NCBI RefSeq assembly: GCF_009914755.1
Contig: NC_060944.1
Source of the DNA: the human T2T-CHM13v2.0 reference genome, Homo sapiens
Direction: 5' to 3' (one strand)
Length of the DNA: 64,000 bases
The position numbers were made by a program, and so were the translations under genes. Numbering within the stretch: the stretch's first letter is position 1; every line of letters begins with the position of its first letter. The notes beneath the pieces are model-generated. The model did not search any database, was not told where the DNA came from, and worked only from the letters and a program-made list of their open reading frames with translations. This document shows, piece by piece, positions 13,041-28,770 of this stretch.

Positions 13041-14989
13041 ACCTCCTTGGGATTTTCTACATAGACAGTCAAACTGAAGCCAACTGCAAAAAGGGATATG
13101 TTTAACTCTTCCTTTCCAATTAGGATGCTTTTTACTGTCTCTTATCTTATTGCACTGGCTAGAACTTTCAGCACTATTTTGAAAAAGAGTGGTGAGAGAA
13201 GACATCCTTGCCTTTTTCTTGGAAGTTGAAAAGAAGCATACAATTTTTCATCTTTAAGTAAAACGTTAGTGATAGTTTTTTTAATATATGTCCTTTATCA
13301 AATTGAGAAAGTTCCCTTCTATTTCTGTTTTTCTGAGTTTTTCTTATAAACAAATATTGAATTCATCTGTTGATATGGTAGATAAATTGATTTCCAAATA
13401 TTGAAACAGTCTTGCATCCATGGAATATACTCCACTTGGTCATGGTGTGTAGTTCCTTTTATATAGTGATAAATTCTATTTGCTAATGATTTGTTAAGGA
13501 TTTTAGCGTCTCTATTCAGAAAGAAAATTGGTCTATAGTTTCCTGTTCTTAATCTTTCTTTGATATTTATATTATAGTAAGACTAGTTTCATAAAGAGAA
13601 CTGAAAATTGTTCTCTTATCTTCTATTTTCTGGAAAAGAATGTGTAGAATTGGTGCTAATTTAGCAAAATTCTCCATTGAAAGCATTCAGGCCTGAAGCA
13701 TTCTCTTTGGGGTGTTTTAAATTACATATAATTTTCTGAATAATTATAGGGCGATTCAAATTATCAATTTCATATTGGGTGAGTTGTGGTAGTTTGTGTA
13801 TCTTGGGGAATTGATCCATTTTATCTGATTATCAAATGTATGTGTGTAAAATTGTTCCCTTATTATGCTTTTGATATTTGCAGCGACTGTAGTAATATCC
13901 TCTCTTTTTTACCTGATATTAGTGATTCATATCTTCTTTTTTTCTTGTTGTCTTGTGAAAAAATGTCTATTTTATTGATCTTTTCAAACACCAGCTCTTT
14001 GTTTTATTGATTTGCTCATTATTTCTTTGTTTCTCTGTTTAGAGTTTATTGATTTCTGCTCATGGCTTGATTATTTACTTCCCTCTGATTGATTTGGGTT
14101 TATTCTGCTCTTCTTTTTTCAAGTTCTTGTGATGAAAGTATGATTGATGTGAAAATTTTCTTCTTTTCTAATGTATGAATTTAGTTTTACAAATTTCCCT
14201 CTCAGCACTACTTTAGCTGTGGTGCACAATTTTTGATAGACTGTATTGTAATTTTCATTCCATTAAATATATTTTTTATTTCCCTTGAAACTTTCTCTTC
14301 GATTATGGATTATTTTTTGAAGTACTTTTTTTTCTTTCAAGTCATCCTTCTGTTATCAATTTCTAGTTTGATCCCATTTTGATTGAAGAACCCTATGATC
14401 TAAATTCTTTAAAATTTGTTGAGGCTTGTTTTTTGGCCCAGTGTCTCTTGCTACATACTCTGTGAGCATTTGAAAGGAATGGGTGGGTATTCTGATAATG
14501 TTGGTGGAGTAGTCTATAAATGTCAATTTGATATTGAGTAGTTGATGATGTTCTTGAGTTCTTCTCTATTGTTACTGATTTTTGTAAAGTTGTTATATCA
14601 ATTCTTGAGATGGAGGTGTTGAAGGCTCCAACTGTAATTGTAAGTTTGTCTGCTTCTTTCCCTTCCAGCTGTTTTTATTTCACTCGTTTAGTGCTTTACT
14701 TTTACTTGTTTAGTGCATCATATTTAAGATTGCTCTGCCATCTTGGTAGATTGGCACTTTTATCATATATAATGTTCCTCTCTGTCTCTGGTACTATCTT
14801 ATGCTCTAAAACCTGCTTCATTTGATATTGATAAAACTATTCTTGGTATCTGGTATCTACCCAAAGGAAAAGAAGTCATTATTTGAAAAAGATACTTGCA
14901 CACTCATGTTTATAGCAGCACAATTCACAATTGCAAAATCATGGAACCAACCCAAATGCCCATCAATCAACGAGTGGATAAAGAAATCG

Positions 14990-14990
<1 letters not shown>

Positions 14991-15043
<53 letters not shown>
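14991..15043. repeat. Pure (TA)26 microsatellite
   Basis: Uninterrupted TA run. Confidence 0.97.
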
Positions 15044-15044
<1 letters not shown>

Positions 15045-15045
<1 letters not shown>

Positions 15046-15270
15046 GAAGCGGAGCTTGCAGTGAGCCGAGATCGCACCACTGCACTCCAGCCTGGGCAAC
15101 AGAGAGACTCCGTCTCAAAAATAAATAAATAAATAAAATGAAATAAAAATGAAAACATAATGCCAATTACATTATCACTCAAAAAATGATATACATTGGG
15201 AAGAATCTAAAAATATGTACAATATCTAAATGAAATAAATCAAAGATGAAATAAATCAAAGAACTATATA
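15045..15270 (+). repeat. Local duplicate of 16952-17186 (AluY 3' end plus downstream L1 flank)
   Basis: Near-identical sequence in both places, including the non-Alu flank 'aaaatgaaaacataa..ccaattacattatcact.aaaaaatgatatacattgggaagaatctaaaaatatgtacaatatctaaatg'. Confidence 0.93.
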
Positions 15271-16184
15271 CACATATATATATACACACACACACATATG
15301 TATACATATATACATATATACACATATATATATATACACATATGATGGAATACTACTCAGCCATAAAAAGGAATGAATTAACAGCATTTGCAGTGACCTG
15401 GATGAGACTGGAATGGAAAACTAAACATCATATGTTCTCACTGATATGCAAGAGCTAAGCTATGAGGCTGCAAAATCATAAAAAATGATATGGTTGACTT
15501 TGGGGAATTGAGGGGAAGAGTGGGAGGGCTGTGAGGATAAAATACTACATATATGGTGCAGTGTATACTGCTTGGGTGATGGGTGCACTAAAATCTCATA
15601 AAATCACCACTAAAGAACTTACTCATGTAACCAAATACGACTTACGGAAAAATAAAATAAAATAATAAACATTTAAAAAAAGAAGTGAATCAAAGAAGCA
15701 ACAAGGGAAAGTAAAATAAAAACTTTTATTTTCCTTGTTTTGAATTGATCTAACCAATTTGTTCAAAATAATAATAGCAGCAATGTATTTACTTATGTGT
15801 GCTCATTTGTGTTTGTGTATATACACATATATGACTATGTACAAGTGAAATGAATGGCAGCAATTATGTAAGAGACAGAAGAGTGGAATTAGGATTATTT
15901 TGTTATTGTGAGGTACTTTTACTACACGTGAAGTGGTATAGTGTTTTTTGAAACTGTCCTTGTATTAGTTGTAAATGTATATGACAATCACTAGTATTGT
16001 GACTGATATCCTATGAATGGAGATAGAATGAAATCTTATAAAATGGTAAATTTAAACTGTAAAAGGCAGGAAAAGAGTAAGCAACAAAAAATAAAACAAA
16101 TAGCAAAGACAATGAATAGAAAACTGACATATATGATAGATACTAATCCACCTACAAATAATCACTTTAAAAGTTAATGTTCTA

Positions 16185-16380
16185 CATGGACACAGGAAGG
16201 GGAACATCACACACTGGGGCCTGTTGTCAGGTGGGGGGAGAGGGGAGGGATAGCATTTGGAGATATACCTAATGTTAAATGACGAGTTACTGGGTGCAGC
16301 ACACCAACATGGCATATGTATACATATGTAACTAACCTGCACGTTGTACACAGGTACTGTAAAAAAGTATAATAATAAAA
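16185..16380 (+). mobile_element. Short 5'-truncated L1PA3/4 3' end
   Basis: 'catggacacaggaaggggaacatcacacactgggg...'; perfect 16-bp TSD aaaagttaatgttcta at 16169-16184 and 16381-16396; TT/AAAA endonuclease site. Confidence 0.93.
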
Positions 16381-16747
16381 AAAAGTTAATGTTCTAAATC
16401 GACCAATTAAAATAGAAAGATTGTCAAAATAAATCAAAACCAAGATTCAACCATATATAATCTACAAAGAACCCACATTAAGAATACAAACAAATACAGG
16501 TTAAAAGTAAATGGATGGAGACAGCCATATCATGCTAACACTAATTGAAGGATTAATATGCTACAGGTTCTAACGATAAATTCTAAAAAGAAAAAAAAAA
16601 TACAGCTAATAAACAAAAAGAAATACTAAACCTTGCATATGACCTGATCATCTATGTAGAAATCCAAAAGAATCAACGAAAAATGTCCTTGAACTAATAA
16701 ACAACTATAGCAAGGTTGCAGGATGCAAGGTTAATATAAAAAATAAG

Positions 16748-17084
<337 letters not shown>

Positions 17085-17528
17085 TTATCACTGAAAAAAT
17101 GATATACATTGGGAAGAATCTAAAAATATGTACAATATCTAAATGGAATAAATCAAAGATGAAATAAATCAAAGAAGAACTATATAAATGAAGAGATTTG
17201 AAGAGATACTACATTTTCATGGATAGAAATATTCAACATTGTCAAGATATCAGTTCTTCCCATTTTGATCTACAGATCCTTTTCAATCTCAATAAAAATT
17301 TCAGCAAGTTATTTGGTGGATATCGACAAACTGATTCTAAAGTTTACATGAAGAGGCTAAAGACTCAGAATAGCTAACACATCACTGAAGCTGGTGGACA
17401 AACTATTGTAAGTCCAAACTTACAACACAGCTTCAATAATCAAGACAGTGTGATATTGGTGAAAAATAGATGAATAGATAAATGGAACAGAACAGATAAC
17501 CCAAAACTGACCCATGTAAATATAGTCA

Positions 17529-17916
<388 letters not shown>

Positions 17917-19845
17917 TCAACTGATCTTTGACAAAGAAGTAAAGATGGTAGAGTGGAGCAAAGACAGCCTTTTCAACAAATAGTGCTGGAACAACTAGAC
18001 AGTCACATGCAAAAAGAAAAAAAGAACTTAGACATAGACCTTACACCCTTCACAAAGGTAACACCAAATGAATTATAGGCACCTAAGTGTAAAATGAAAA
18101 AGTATAAGTCTCTTAAAGAATAACATAGGAGAAAACCTAGATGATCTTAGGTATAACAATTTTTTAGACAGGATGCCAAATCACAATCTATGAAACAAAG
18201 AATTGACAAGCTACACTTCATTAAATTTAGAAACTTCTGCTTTGTAAAAGATGCTGTCAAGAGAATTAGAAGACAAGACACAGACTGGGAGAAAAATAGC
18301 TTCAAAAGACATACCAGATAAATGACACTTAAACAAAATATACAAAGAACGTTTAAAGCCCAGTAATCAGAAAACTAATGACCCTGATGTAAAAATGGAC
18401 AAAGGACGCAAACAAACACCTCACCAAATAAGATATACAAATGGAAAATAACCATATGAACAGGTGCTCAAAATCATGTCGTTAGAGAATTTCAAATTAA
18501 AACATCAATTGGATGTCATTACACACCTATTAGAATAGTCAAAACACTGACTATACCAAATGTTGGTATGGATGGGGAGCAACAGGAACTTTCATTCATT
18601 GCTGGTGGGAATGGTACAGCCACTATAGAAAATAATTTGGCAGTTTCTTACAAAACTAAACATACCCTTATCATATGATCCAGCAATTGCACTCCTTGGT
18701 ATTCATCCAAATGAGTTAAAAACTATATCTGCCCAAATACTTGCACATGAATATTTATAGCAGTTTTATTTATTCATATAATTGCCAAAAATTGGAAGCA
18801 ACCAACATGTCCTTCTGCAAATGAATGGATAAACAAACCTTGGTACATTCAGACAATAGAATATGATTCAGCACTAACTAGAAGTGAACTACGAAGCCAT
18901 AAAAAGACATGGAGGAAACATAAATGCATATTACTAAGTGAAAGAAGCCAGCCTAAAAAGGCTATATATTGTATAATTCCAACTGCATGACATCCTGCAA
19001 AAGGCAAAACTATGGAGACAGTGAAAGAATCAGCCAGGAGCTGGGTGGAGGAGGCAGGGATCATTTCATAGAGCAGAGAAGATCTTTAGCTCAGTGAAAC
19101 TACTCTGTATAATACTATAATGGGGAACGTAAGCCATTATACATTGGTCAAAACTCATAAAATATAAAACACTAAGAGTGAACCCTAATGTAAACAAGGG
19201 ACTTTGGGTGATAATGATATATCAGTATAGGTTCATCTAGTATAACAAATGTACCACTTGGATGTGGAATTTTTGTAGTGGGAGAGCCTGTGCATGTGTG
19301 GGAGTAGGGGGTATATGGGAAATCTTTCTACTTTCTGCTCAATTTTGCTGTGAACCTAAAATGTCTCTAAAAAAAAAAAGTCAAATTTAAAAAGAAAGAA
19401 ACAGGCAACTTAGACTAAGATGACCTCTTCAGGAAACAATTCAACCCTTAAAAAAAATAAAGTTCCACTGGATGAGACAAATGTGGTTAGGTGTGTATCT
19501 CATGTCTTTCAGCTGGCCCCCCAAATCCTCATCCAATTTGGGCTTGCTGATGCTGGGTGGGAAATGAATTTTACGTTGACTGTATGGCTGGATATTATGA
19601 CTTGAAGTCCAAGTTTCCATGAGCTATCATGGAAGGGTTAGCCTGCTGAACTGAATGATTCAGTTAATCCTAAACCTCACATGAAGCATTAATTGCAGCC
19701 ACCTCTGCCTCTCCCAAGTGTTTTGCCAAAACTAATAACAAATCAAAAGGATTCTGCTGCTTTCCTGGTGAGGTACTAGGGAACCTGGATATCAATGACC
19801 ATAATTTCTGAAGGTCTGCTTATGTCCAGCTTCTAAGAGAGATGC

Positions 19846-20050
19846 AATAACAACTAACATTTGTTGGACAATTCATATGTGTCAGATATTGAGCTAAGTA
19901 GTTTACCCCATTATATAATTCCCTAGCAACACTGTGAACTTCATATTAATATTCCTATTTTACAGATGAAGAAACTGAAGTTCAGAGTACTTGCATATTT
20001 TTCGCCAGGTTACACTGTCTGATATTAGTGGTTTCTAATTTCAAAACCCA
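19846..20050 (-). mobile_element. MIR
   Basis: Core 'cctattttacagatgaagaaactgaagttcagag'. Confidence 0.8.
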
Positions 20051-20099
20051 TACTCCAGATATGATGCACTGAGACGGACTTGGCATCTTTTCTGTGGTC

Positions 20100-20815
<716 letters not shown>

Positions 20816-20933
20816 AACCCATCTATAAACACACACACATACACACATATAAGGGCATTTCCTCTATTGCCCCTGTCTTTGAAAGATCTTAAAACAAAGG
20901 GAGCAACACCAATTTAGTCTCCAAGTTACAGTT

Positions 20934-21290
20934 CTTTTTTTTTTAATTTACTTTTTTCAACAATTATTTTAGGTTCAGGGGGACACATGTGCAGGTTGGC
21001 TACATGAGTAAATTGCATGTTGCCAAGGTTTGGTGTATGAATGATCTTGTCACTCAGTAGTGAGCATGGTACCTGATAGGTAGTTTTTCAATCTTTCCCC
21101 TGCCCCACCCTCCCCCAACTCAAGTAATCCTGACTATGTATTGTTCCCATCTTTGTGTCTATGTATATTCAATGTTTAGCTCCCACTTATAAGTGAGAAC
21201 ATGCGGTATTTGGGTTTCTGTTGCTGTGTTAATTCTCTTAGGATAATGGCCTCCAGCTGCATCCATGTTGCTGCAAAAGACATGATCTTG
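20934..21290 (-). mobile_element. L1PA15/16-like 3' end
   Basis: 'ttttaggttcagggggacacatgtgcagg...tttagctcccacttataagtgagaacatgcgg'. Confidence 0.85.
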
Positions 21291-23658
21291 CCTAAATGTA
21301 CCAAATAAGAAATGCAGAATTAGGAAAGTCATTCTAAAAGCAAGAGAAATGATCCACTTTGCATAATTTTGTTTAATATTTATTCTGTGTCTTCCCAGTA
21401 TTATATTAGAAACCTAAAAAGATCCAAATTCAGAACTCCTACTCCTAAGGGATATACATAGTATTTCAATTTTAATTGAATATGGGCTGAATTACAGGGG
21501 ATGAGTCTATAAATCTCAAATTGAATTACCTTGTTGTAAAAGACTAAAATAAGAAAATAGCAAAAAAATCTAACTTGGCCAACTTTTTCATAAGTAAATA
21601 TTTTAAAACTAAAGTTTTAAACTTTAGTTTAATTTAAAGTTGATTAAATCCTTAACACTTTACTAATGAATGCTTACAGTGTTGTCATTAAGGCCAATTA
21701 TTTGAGACAACTGACATAGGACAACAAGCACCATCATATTCAAGCTAGGACCATCCAATGTGCCACAGCCTCCTCTAATATATATTAGAAGCCCAGATAT
21801 ATGAAACTTGATGGAAACTTATTGAATAAACAAAGGTTGAAACAGATGCAATCTCATCAGGGCATCAAAACAGGCATGAGTTTTAATGTTTCTGATCATG
21901 GAAAGTCAACTTGCATTCATTGCATTCCAGTACCAGACAATTCTTATTTTCAGCCCCTTGAAGTCATCCTCGGGTAAATAATGTGGGACAATGCATTTTC
22001 CAATATTACTTCATAGGTCAAGCTTAATTACGCAGAAACAACTTTCTCGAACAGCACCAGTCCCCCAACACTTAGCTCCACAGCTGTCTGGTGACAGGAT
22101 GACTACATGGCCTTGGTATAACTCGTTACCCAAGACAATACTACATTCATTTTGATCCTGAATGAAAGACCTCCATTCCAGGTGCAAATGTTGCCACTAC
22201 TATCTTATAGAATGGAATATAAAACAATTCTATTTTAAATATTTCTGCTGTTTCTGCAATCCCTTTTCTTGATTCAGCAGGCATGACTGGACTGAGGTTT
22301 CATCAATCATCTGTCAGCAGGACTGTGAGAATGTGGCTAGCAAGGCTGCTTGCAAAGGAGACCATTAAGAAATCACTCCAGCAGGTCTAGTTTTTCTATC
22401 TTTATGTAAGTAATATTTGCCATCACCTGGCATTTCAGATTAAAAGTGTTATGTGACTCCCCTGGTGCTGGAAGGAGGTTTGGAAGCAACTGTGTAGATC
22501 CTGTTAGTCATGTGTTTCTATGGTTATTTATAAATATTATGGCCAACCTTAGTCAATATATGATGATTACAAATTATTATTTTTTTAATTGCCAGGAGCT
22601 GTTTTCTTCCAGAGGTCATTTAGAAAGGCTTTCATGTTCATTTGACTCTGATGAATGTAACTTACCAGACAGAAAATATTAACAAGGCCAAGATTTTGGC
22701 AGTTAGGTTAAGATTCAGACCCAGGCTTACTGTGAAGAGTGAGAATAGAATGAATAAGAGCAAAAAGGAAGTCTTTTTTGACGATGTCTTGAACGGTGTA
22801 CTTATTTACAAGCATGAGAACAGTAACTCTCAAAAGAAAAATCACCTATATTGTGGACCCAGGGTTGTCTGCTGTAACATAACTTTTCTAGGTTACACAA
22901 AACAGTAGAATTAGGAGGTTTCTTGTATTCTTACAGACTACATCATTGACAAAGACCACTATAGAAGCTCAATAAAGAATTATATTGAATAAAATGCTAA
23001 CATTTTGAATGGGAAGGAAATTCAGAAAGGTTTGCTGAGAAACTCAGCTGATGCTTTATGTAAAATGTGCAGATTTAGCTTTGGACCACTGGCCAGCCTC
23101 AAGTTAGCTCAAGGCCTTAGAATAAACACATCTTGGAGCTTGAAGGCTGCTAAGTGAAGAGCTAAGTGTTGGAGAAAAAGACTTAGGAACCAAGCTTGTT
23201 TGCACCATAAACATAAGACAGAGAAAATTAATTCAGTCAAACTTGAACAACAGCAGTGAAAAGCCTCCCATATATTTTCTGCATCTATTTTTTAAAATAT
23301 CCCTCTTATTGCTAAATGAAACAGATGCAACCACATTAAGTGTTAACAGCTTGAATAAGCACCTTCTATCAATACCCATAATGGCAATGAAAATGCAGTG
23401 TTTTAAGATCACAATTGTTGCTTTTGCATATCAAACATTTTTTATGAATCCCTTAGGTACCTGTTTAGTGAATGTTTTGGCATTTTGGCATGTTTTCCAG
23501 GAGGCATGACACATTTTTTTTTTATTTTGTCAAGTAGGCTCTCTGCCCCAGACAATAAAAAGGGCTCAAAATACAAGAAGACAATACTTGATTTTAAATT
23601 CTTCTCTTTTGCCAGTTTAGCCCTTCTGTTGAGTCAAACTATATCTGTCTACATCTAA

Positions 23659-24067
<409 letters not shown>

Positions 24068-24778
24068 AGTCTGCAACTTTTAAACAATGTTTTTCTATTA
24101 TATAAGGAGTTAAGGATAAATTTATTACTAAAGCTATACAACTAATTATTATATTTAGTTTTAATATGTTCTTAATTTTTAAATTATAATTTAAATTATA
24201 ACAATTCATTCTGTGTTTTTCATATACAGCAGTGACATGGTAAGCAAAATAAAAGTGAGTCAATTTAAAGAAGGATGCTAATCAGTAATTGTATAGATGG
24301 CAAAAAAAGCTGGAGGAAGTACACAAAGCACAAGAGTGCTTAGAAAAAACATGCTACGCCTTAGGGCTTATCTGTAGATTAAAGGATAATAAATCTGTCT
24401 CCTGAAATCATTAAACATTAGAATTAAGAGTAAACAGGAGAAAAATATTTTCCAATTTCCCTGTCACCATTATTTTATAAATAAAACATTGAGGGTTGGA
24501 AGTTCATTGACTGCTCAAGTCACATGAATACTTTTGAGAAAAGCTGAGTTTAGAACTCTGTGTTGAATTCCCTGCACAGGCTAGTAGGAGGGTTATTTGA
24601 CACATAGATTCAGGAGCAGAAGAGTGGACCAAAAATTTCTCTGAAAATATGCCAGCAAAACATTAGCTGTCACTACTGATCTGGAATCCATTCCATTCAG
24701 CAGGTATTACACAGATAGATGTCTTATCATGAACTAATCATATTTTTTTTCTTCAGCTAAACTCTATAATGGTTATGA

Positions 24779-25249
<471 letters not shown>

Positions 25250-26290
25250 CTATTCATACATTTGAGAAAGACTTACCAAGTGCCTATTATGAACCAAGCA
25301 CTGTGTAGGGGTAAAGTGCCTATATTCTGAGAGCTTATGCTCAAATGAGGGAGACTGGCTATTCACAAATAAATCAATAAATAGATGATAATTGATTTTT
25401 ATTAGTGCTACAAGAAAAATTAACAGGGAATTATGGTACAGAATGAGAGTAAGGCCGTTTTGTTGAAGCAAAACTTAAGCTGAGCGCTGATAGAAGAGAC
25501 AAACCACAACAAGATCTGATCAATGAAGAAAAAAATATTCCAGGCAGAGAAGAGAGTAGAGAAACACCTTGTAGCCTAAATAAGTGGGTATGTTTTGAGA
25601 CTTTAAAACAAGCCTCCTAAATATTTTCAGAAAAAGAATGGTAGCTGAAGATGAGGAGGAGAAAGATCCAGATCACGAGGGCATTTATAGGTCATAAATA
25701 GGAGCATAGTTTTTATTCTAAGAACAATGGATTTAAGCAGAGAAGTGACATAACATGAATTTAAGGTTTTAAAAGGTCCTTCTGGCTGTGATGTGGAGTA
25801 TAAATTGTTGAGGCAAGAGCAGAAACAAATAACCCAATCTTTAGACGATTGCAGAAGTCTGGATAAGACATGATGATGGTTTATATAGACAGGGAGTTCT
25901 CAAGATTGAGAAAAATAGATGAGCATGAGGTATATTTTGGAGAGAGAATTGACAGGGCCTGCTGATGAATTGGATGTGGGGGATGACGGAAAGGGAGAAG
26001 TCAAGAATGACTCTCAGGCTTCTGGCTTTGGTAACTGGGTCGATGGTAGAGCTGTTTACAGAGATGGAAAAGGTGAGGAGAGCCAGGCTCGAAGGGGAAA
26101 CTAAGGACTCTGTTTGGCCATACTAAGCTAGAGATGCCTATGAGACATCTAAGTAGAAGTACTAAATTGATAATTGAATGTTTAAGTCTCAGGTTTATAG
26201 GAAACACGTGGCCTGAAGACAAAATTGAACACCTGCAGCTTAGAGATGGGTTTAAGCTCTGGAAGACAATGTAGATGATCTTGGTGAAGC
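25250..26290 (-). mobile_element. L2 LINE
   Basis: Antisense L2 3' end 'gtgcctattatgaaccaagcactgtg' and body 'agtcaagaatgactctcaggcttctggctttggtaactgg'. Confidence 0.8.
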
Positions 26291-27377
26291 TGTCTCCACA
26301 GACAAGGCTTGCCATTTGCCTCCAGAGACCAAGAATTTGGATCATTGACTTCTCACCTCTTCCCACACACTTTCTCTTCTGGGTCCTTCCCCTCTACAGA
26401 GCTGTGTCTTAGCAAAATTTCCATTTGTCCCTTCAAGCTGACCAGAGAGCAGGAAAGCAGGCATACAGGTCCTTCTCATTCTGAGTGTTTTTAACAGCAG
26501 TGGAAAAATCCCAATTCAAGCAACAAGTACAGCCACTAAGGGTAGTCTTTAGTAAAAACTGGAAGGTTTTTTTCTTACTGTAAACGGAGCTATCCTATGA
26601 CCCTTTGCTCTAAGTTTGCTTCTGATGCCTAAAGGAAAGATTCTCATTTATCCTTTGTCAATAACGTCATCACCCCGTGAGTGTTCTGAAAGTCATTTAT
26701 TGGTTGAATCTACATTGACTCAGAATCCCCAAAATTTAGATCTGGAGAAGTCTCCAAAGACTAGTCCAAATTTGCATAAAAATTTTCAAGTTTCATGTTA
26801 CATGAAAAATAAAAAACCTAAAATGTTTAAGGGGCTGACCAACATGGCAGCTCTATTTATACTTGCTTAAAGCTCTAGGGAGCTACGTGCAAGGTCACTC
26901 ACTACGGTCACCAGAATGGCCTCTAATTGAAACTGGCCCCTTCCAGAAGTCAAAGACATATTCACAGAGATTGCACAGGAAGAAGACTTCTAAAACAACG
27001 TTTTTATCTCACTATCTACTAAGGGGTCTTGTGACTCCAACACGGCAATGCATGTCATAATGTATATAAAAGGCTTTAAAATTTTATGATGCTTTGCATA
27101 GTTGGGATCTACATTACGTTCTCCAACATTTTTCTGTTTCTTTGTAATTATTAAATCTATACGTGCTCAGCTAAGAAAGTTTGAAAATGAAGAAAATCAT
27201 AAAGAAAACAAAATATATTTAATCCCAAAAGGTTTTGATAATCACAGTTTATATTTGATGTATTTCAGACTTATTCTATATATATCGGGATATGTGTGCT
27301 TCTGTGTATTTGCCTGTGGAAGTGGTACTTATATATTGTCATGTACATGTATATATGTTTTTGTGTGTGCATATATA

Positions 27378-27453
27378 CAGTTGCCCCTCCAGGAACTTGA
27401 GCATTCACAGGAGGTCATGAAACCAATCCCACCTTGATACAAAGGGAAAATTG
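27378..27453. mobile_element. Internally deleted MER2/Tigger-like MITE remnant
   Basis: TIR-like ends 'cagttgcccctc' and 'aaccaatccc...gatacaaagggaaaattg' in a TA context. Confidence 0.5.
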
Positions 27454-27699
27454 CATATTATATATGTGTGTATACAGATATGTATTTTCTATCATACAAC
27501 TTTTCCCTTATATATATATTCTCATTGCTCAATATATATATTGAGTCAACTGTTTTTTATTTTACCATAGACAGCGTGGATGCAGCTGACTTTCTTCACC
27601 TTGTGAGTTCCTGGACAAGAAAAGTCTGTGATTTTACTTCTTCCCAAGTAAACTTCGGGAAAAGCTAAAGGTGCCCTGCCAAGTTCCCTTCACTGGACC

Positions 27700-27995
27700 A
27701 ATGTATCCCTCCCTCAGATGTGTCCCACAGTTTCCCTCTTCTCAAAAGAATTGCTCTTTGCTAATGCTTGGGGAGCCAAGCACACATATACACTACACAT
27801 AGACATACATGCAAGGGCAGATGCATGGGTGTATTCAACCTGCCTCAAAGTGGAACCAACTCTATGGTGCAATTCATGGTCTAGTGTTCCCCATTGGATC
27901 AGGCTGAAACTAATGTCTAGCTATGATAACACTTGCTTAGCTTCTTCCCCTGCCATCTCTGACTTTTCTCACTTACCTTCTTCTAAAAGTCCTTC
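27700..27995 (+). mobile_element. LTR16-like ERVL LTR fragment
   Basis: 'ggatcaggctgaaact...cttgcttagcttcttcccctgcc'. Confidence 0.5.
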
Positions 27996-28299
27996 TTCTG
28001 ATGGGACAACTGGGATATCTTCCACCATGCATCTTATTTCTTAGCAGGCTCATCTGAGCTTATTTACATGGCAACTAGGCAGGTTCCCAAGGGGAATAGT
28101 GGAATAGCACAAGATCTCTTGAGTGAGTCATAGACTTGAAAGTTCCACACTATTAATACTGCTGCATTCTATTGGTCAAAAACAATCACAAGGATGGGAG
28201 AGTGGGGAAGTGAACCCCAGCTCTTGAATGGAGAAGCTACAATGTAGCATTGCAAAGGCTCTGGATACAGAGAGGGGTAAAAAAAAAATGGAATCATTT
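27996..28299 (-). mobile_element. MLT1 LTR fragment
   Basis: 'ctgcattctattggtcaaaaacaatcacaagg...cttgaatggagaagctaca'. Confidence 0.65.
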
Positions 28300-28424
<125 letters not shown>

Positions 28425-28539
28425 CGATATTTTTTTTTTTTAAAAGAGAGACCATTTTTTTTTTACCATCAATCTATTACAAACAGGAAGCACTTTAATA
28501 TGCAGAAGGAACAAGAAGACAAAATGTTTACATTCATGG

Positions 28540-28770
28540 CTGTAGATAAAAAAGACATGAACTCAAAGCTTAGCTTTGCCAGTTTTCAGATGTTGACCTT
28601 GGGAAAGCTACCTAAACTTCTATGACTCAATTTTCTCATCAGTAAAATGTATGGGAAAAGAGTACTCACCTGGTAGCACTGTTGAGAAAATTAAATTATG
28701 TAATCTATGTAAGGCTTTTAGCAAAATGCATTGCATGTTATAAGCTCCCAATAAGATTGGTCATGTTAAC
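28540..28770 (+). mobile_element. MIR
   Basis: 'tgaccttgggaaagctacctaaacttctatgactcaattttctcatcagtaaaatg'. Confidence 0.82.

Larger units (their letters stand above)
14846..15680 (+). mobile_element. L1PB1-like 3' end containing a (TA)n expansion and a templated insertion
   Basis: 'ggaaaagaagtcattatttgaaaaagatacttgcacac...atcaacgagtggataaagaaa' resumes at 'gatggaatactactcagcc' and ends 'caccactaaagaacttactcatgtaacc' plus an A-rich tail. Confidence 0.88.

Noticed and set aside
14822-15182. ORFs with YIYIYI runs (also 17585-17920)
   Set aside because: Translation of TA/TG microsatellites
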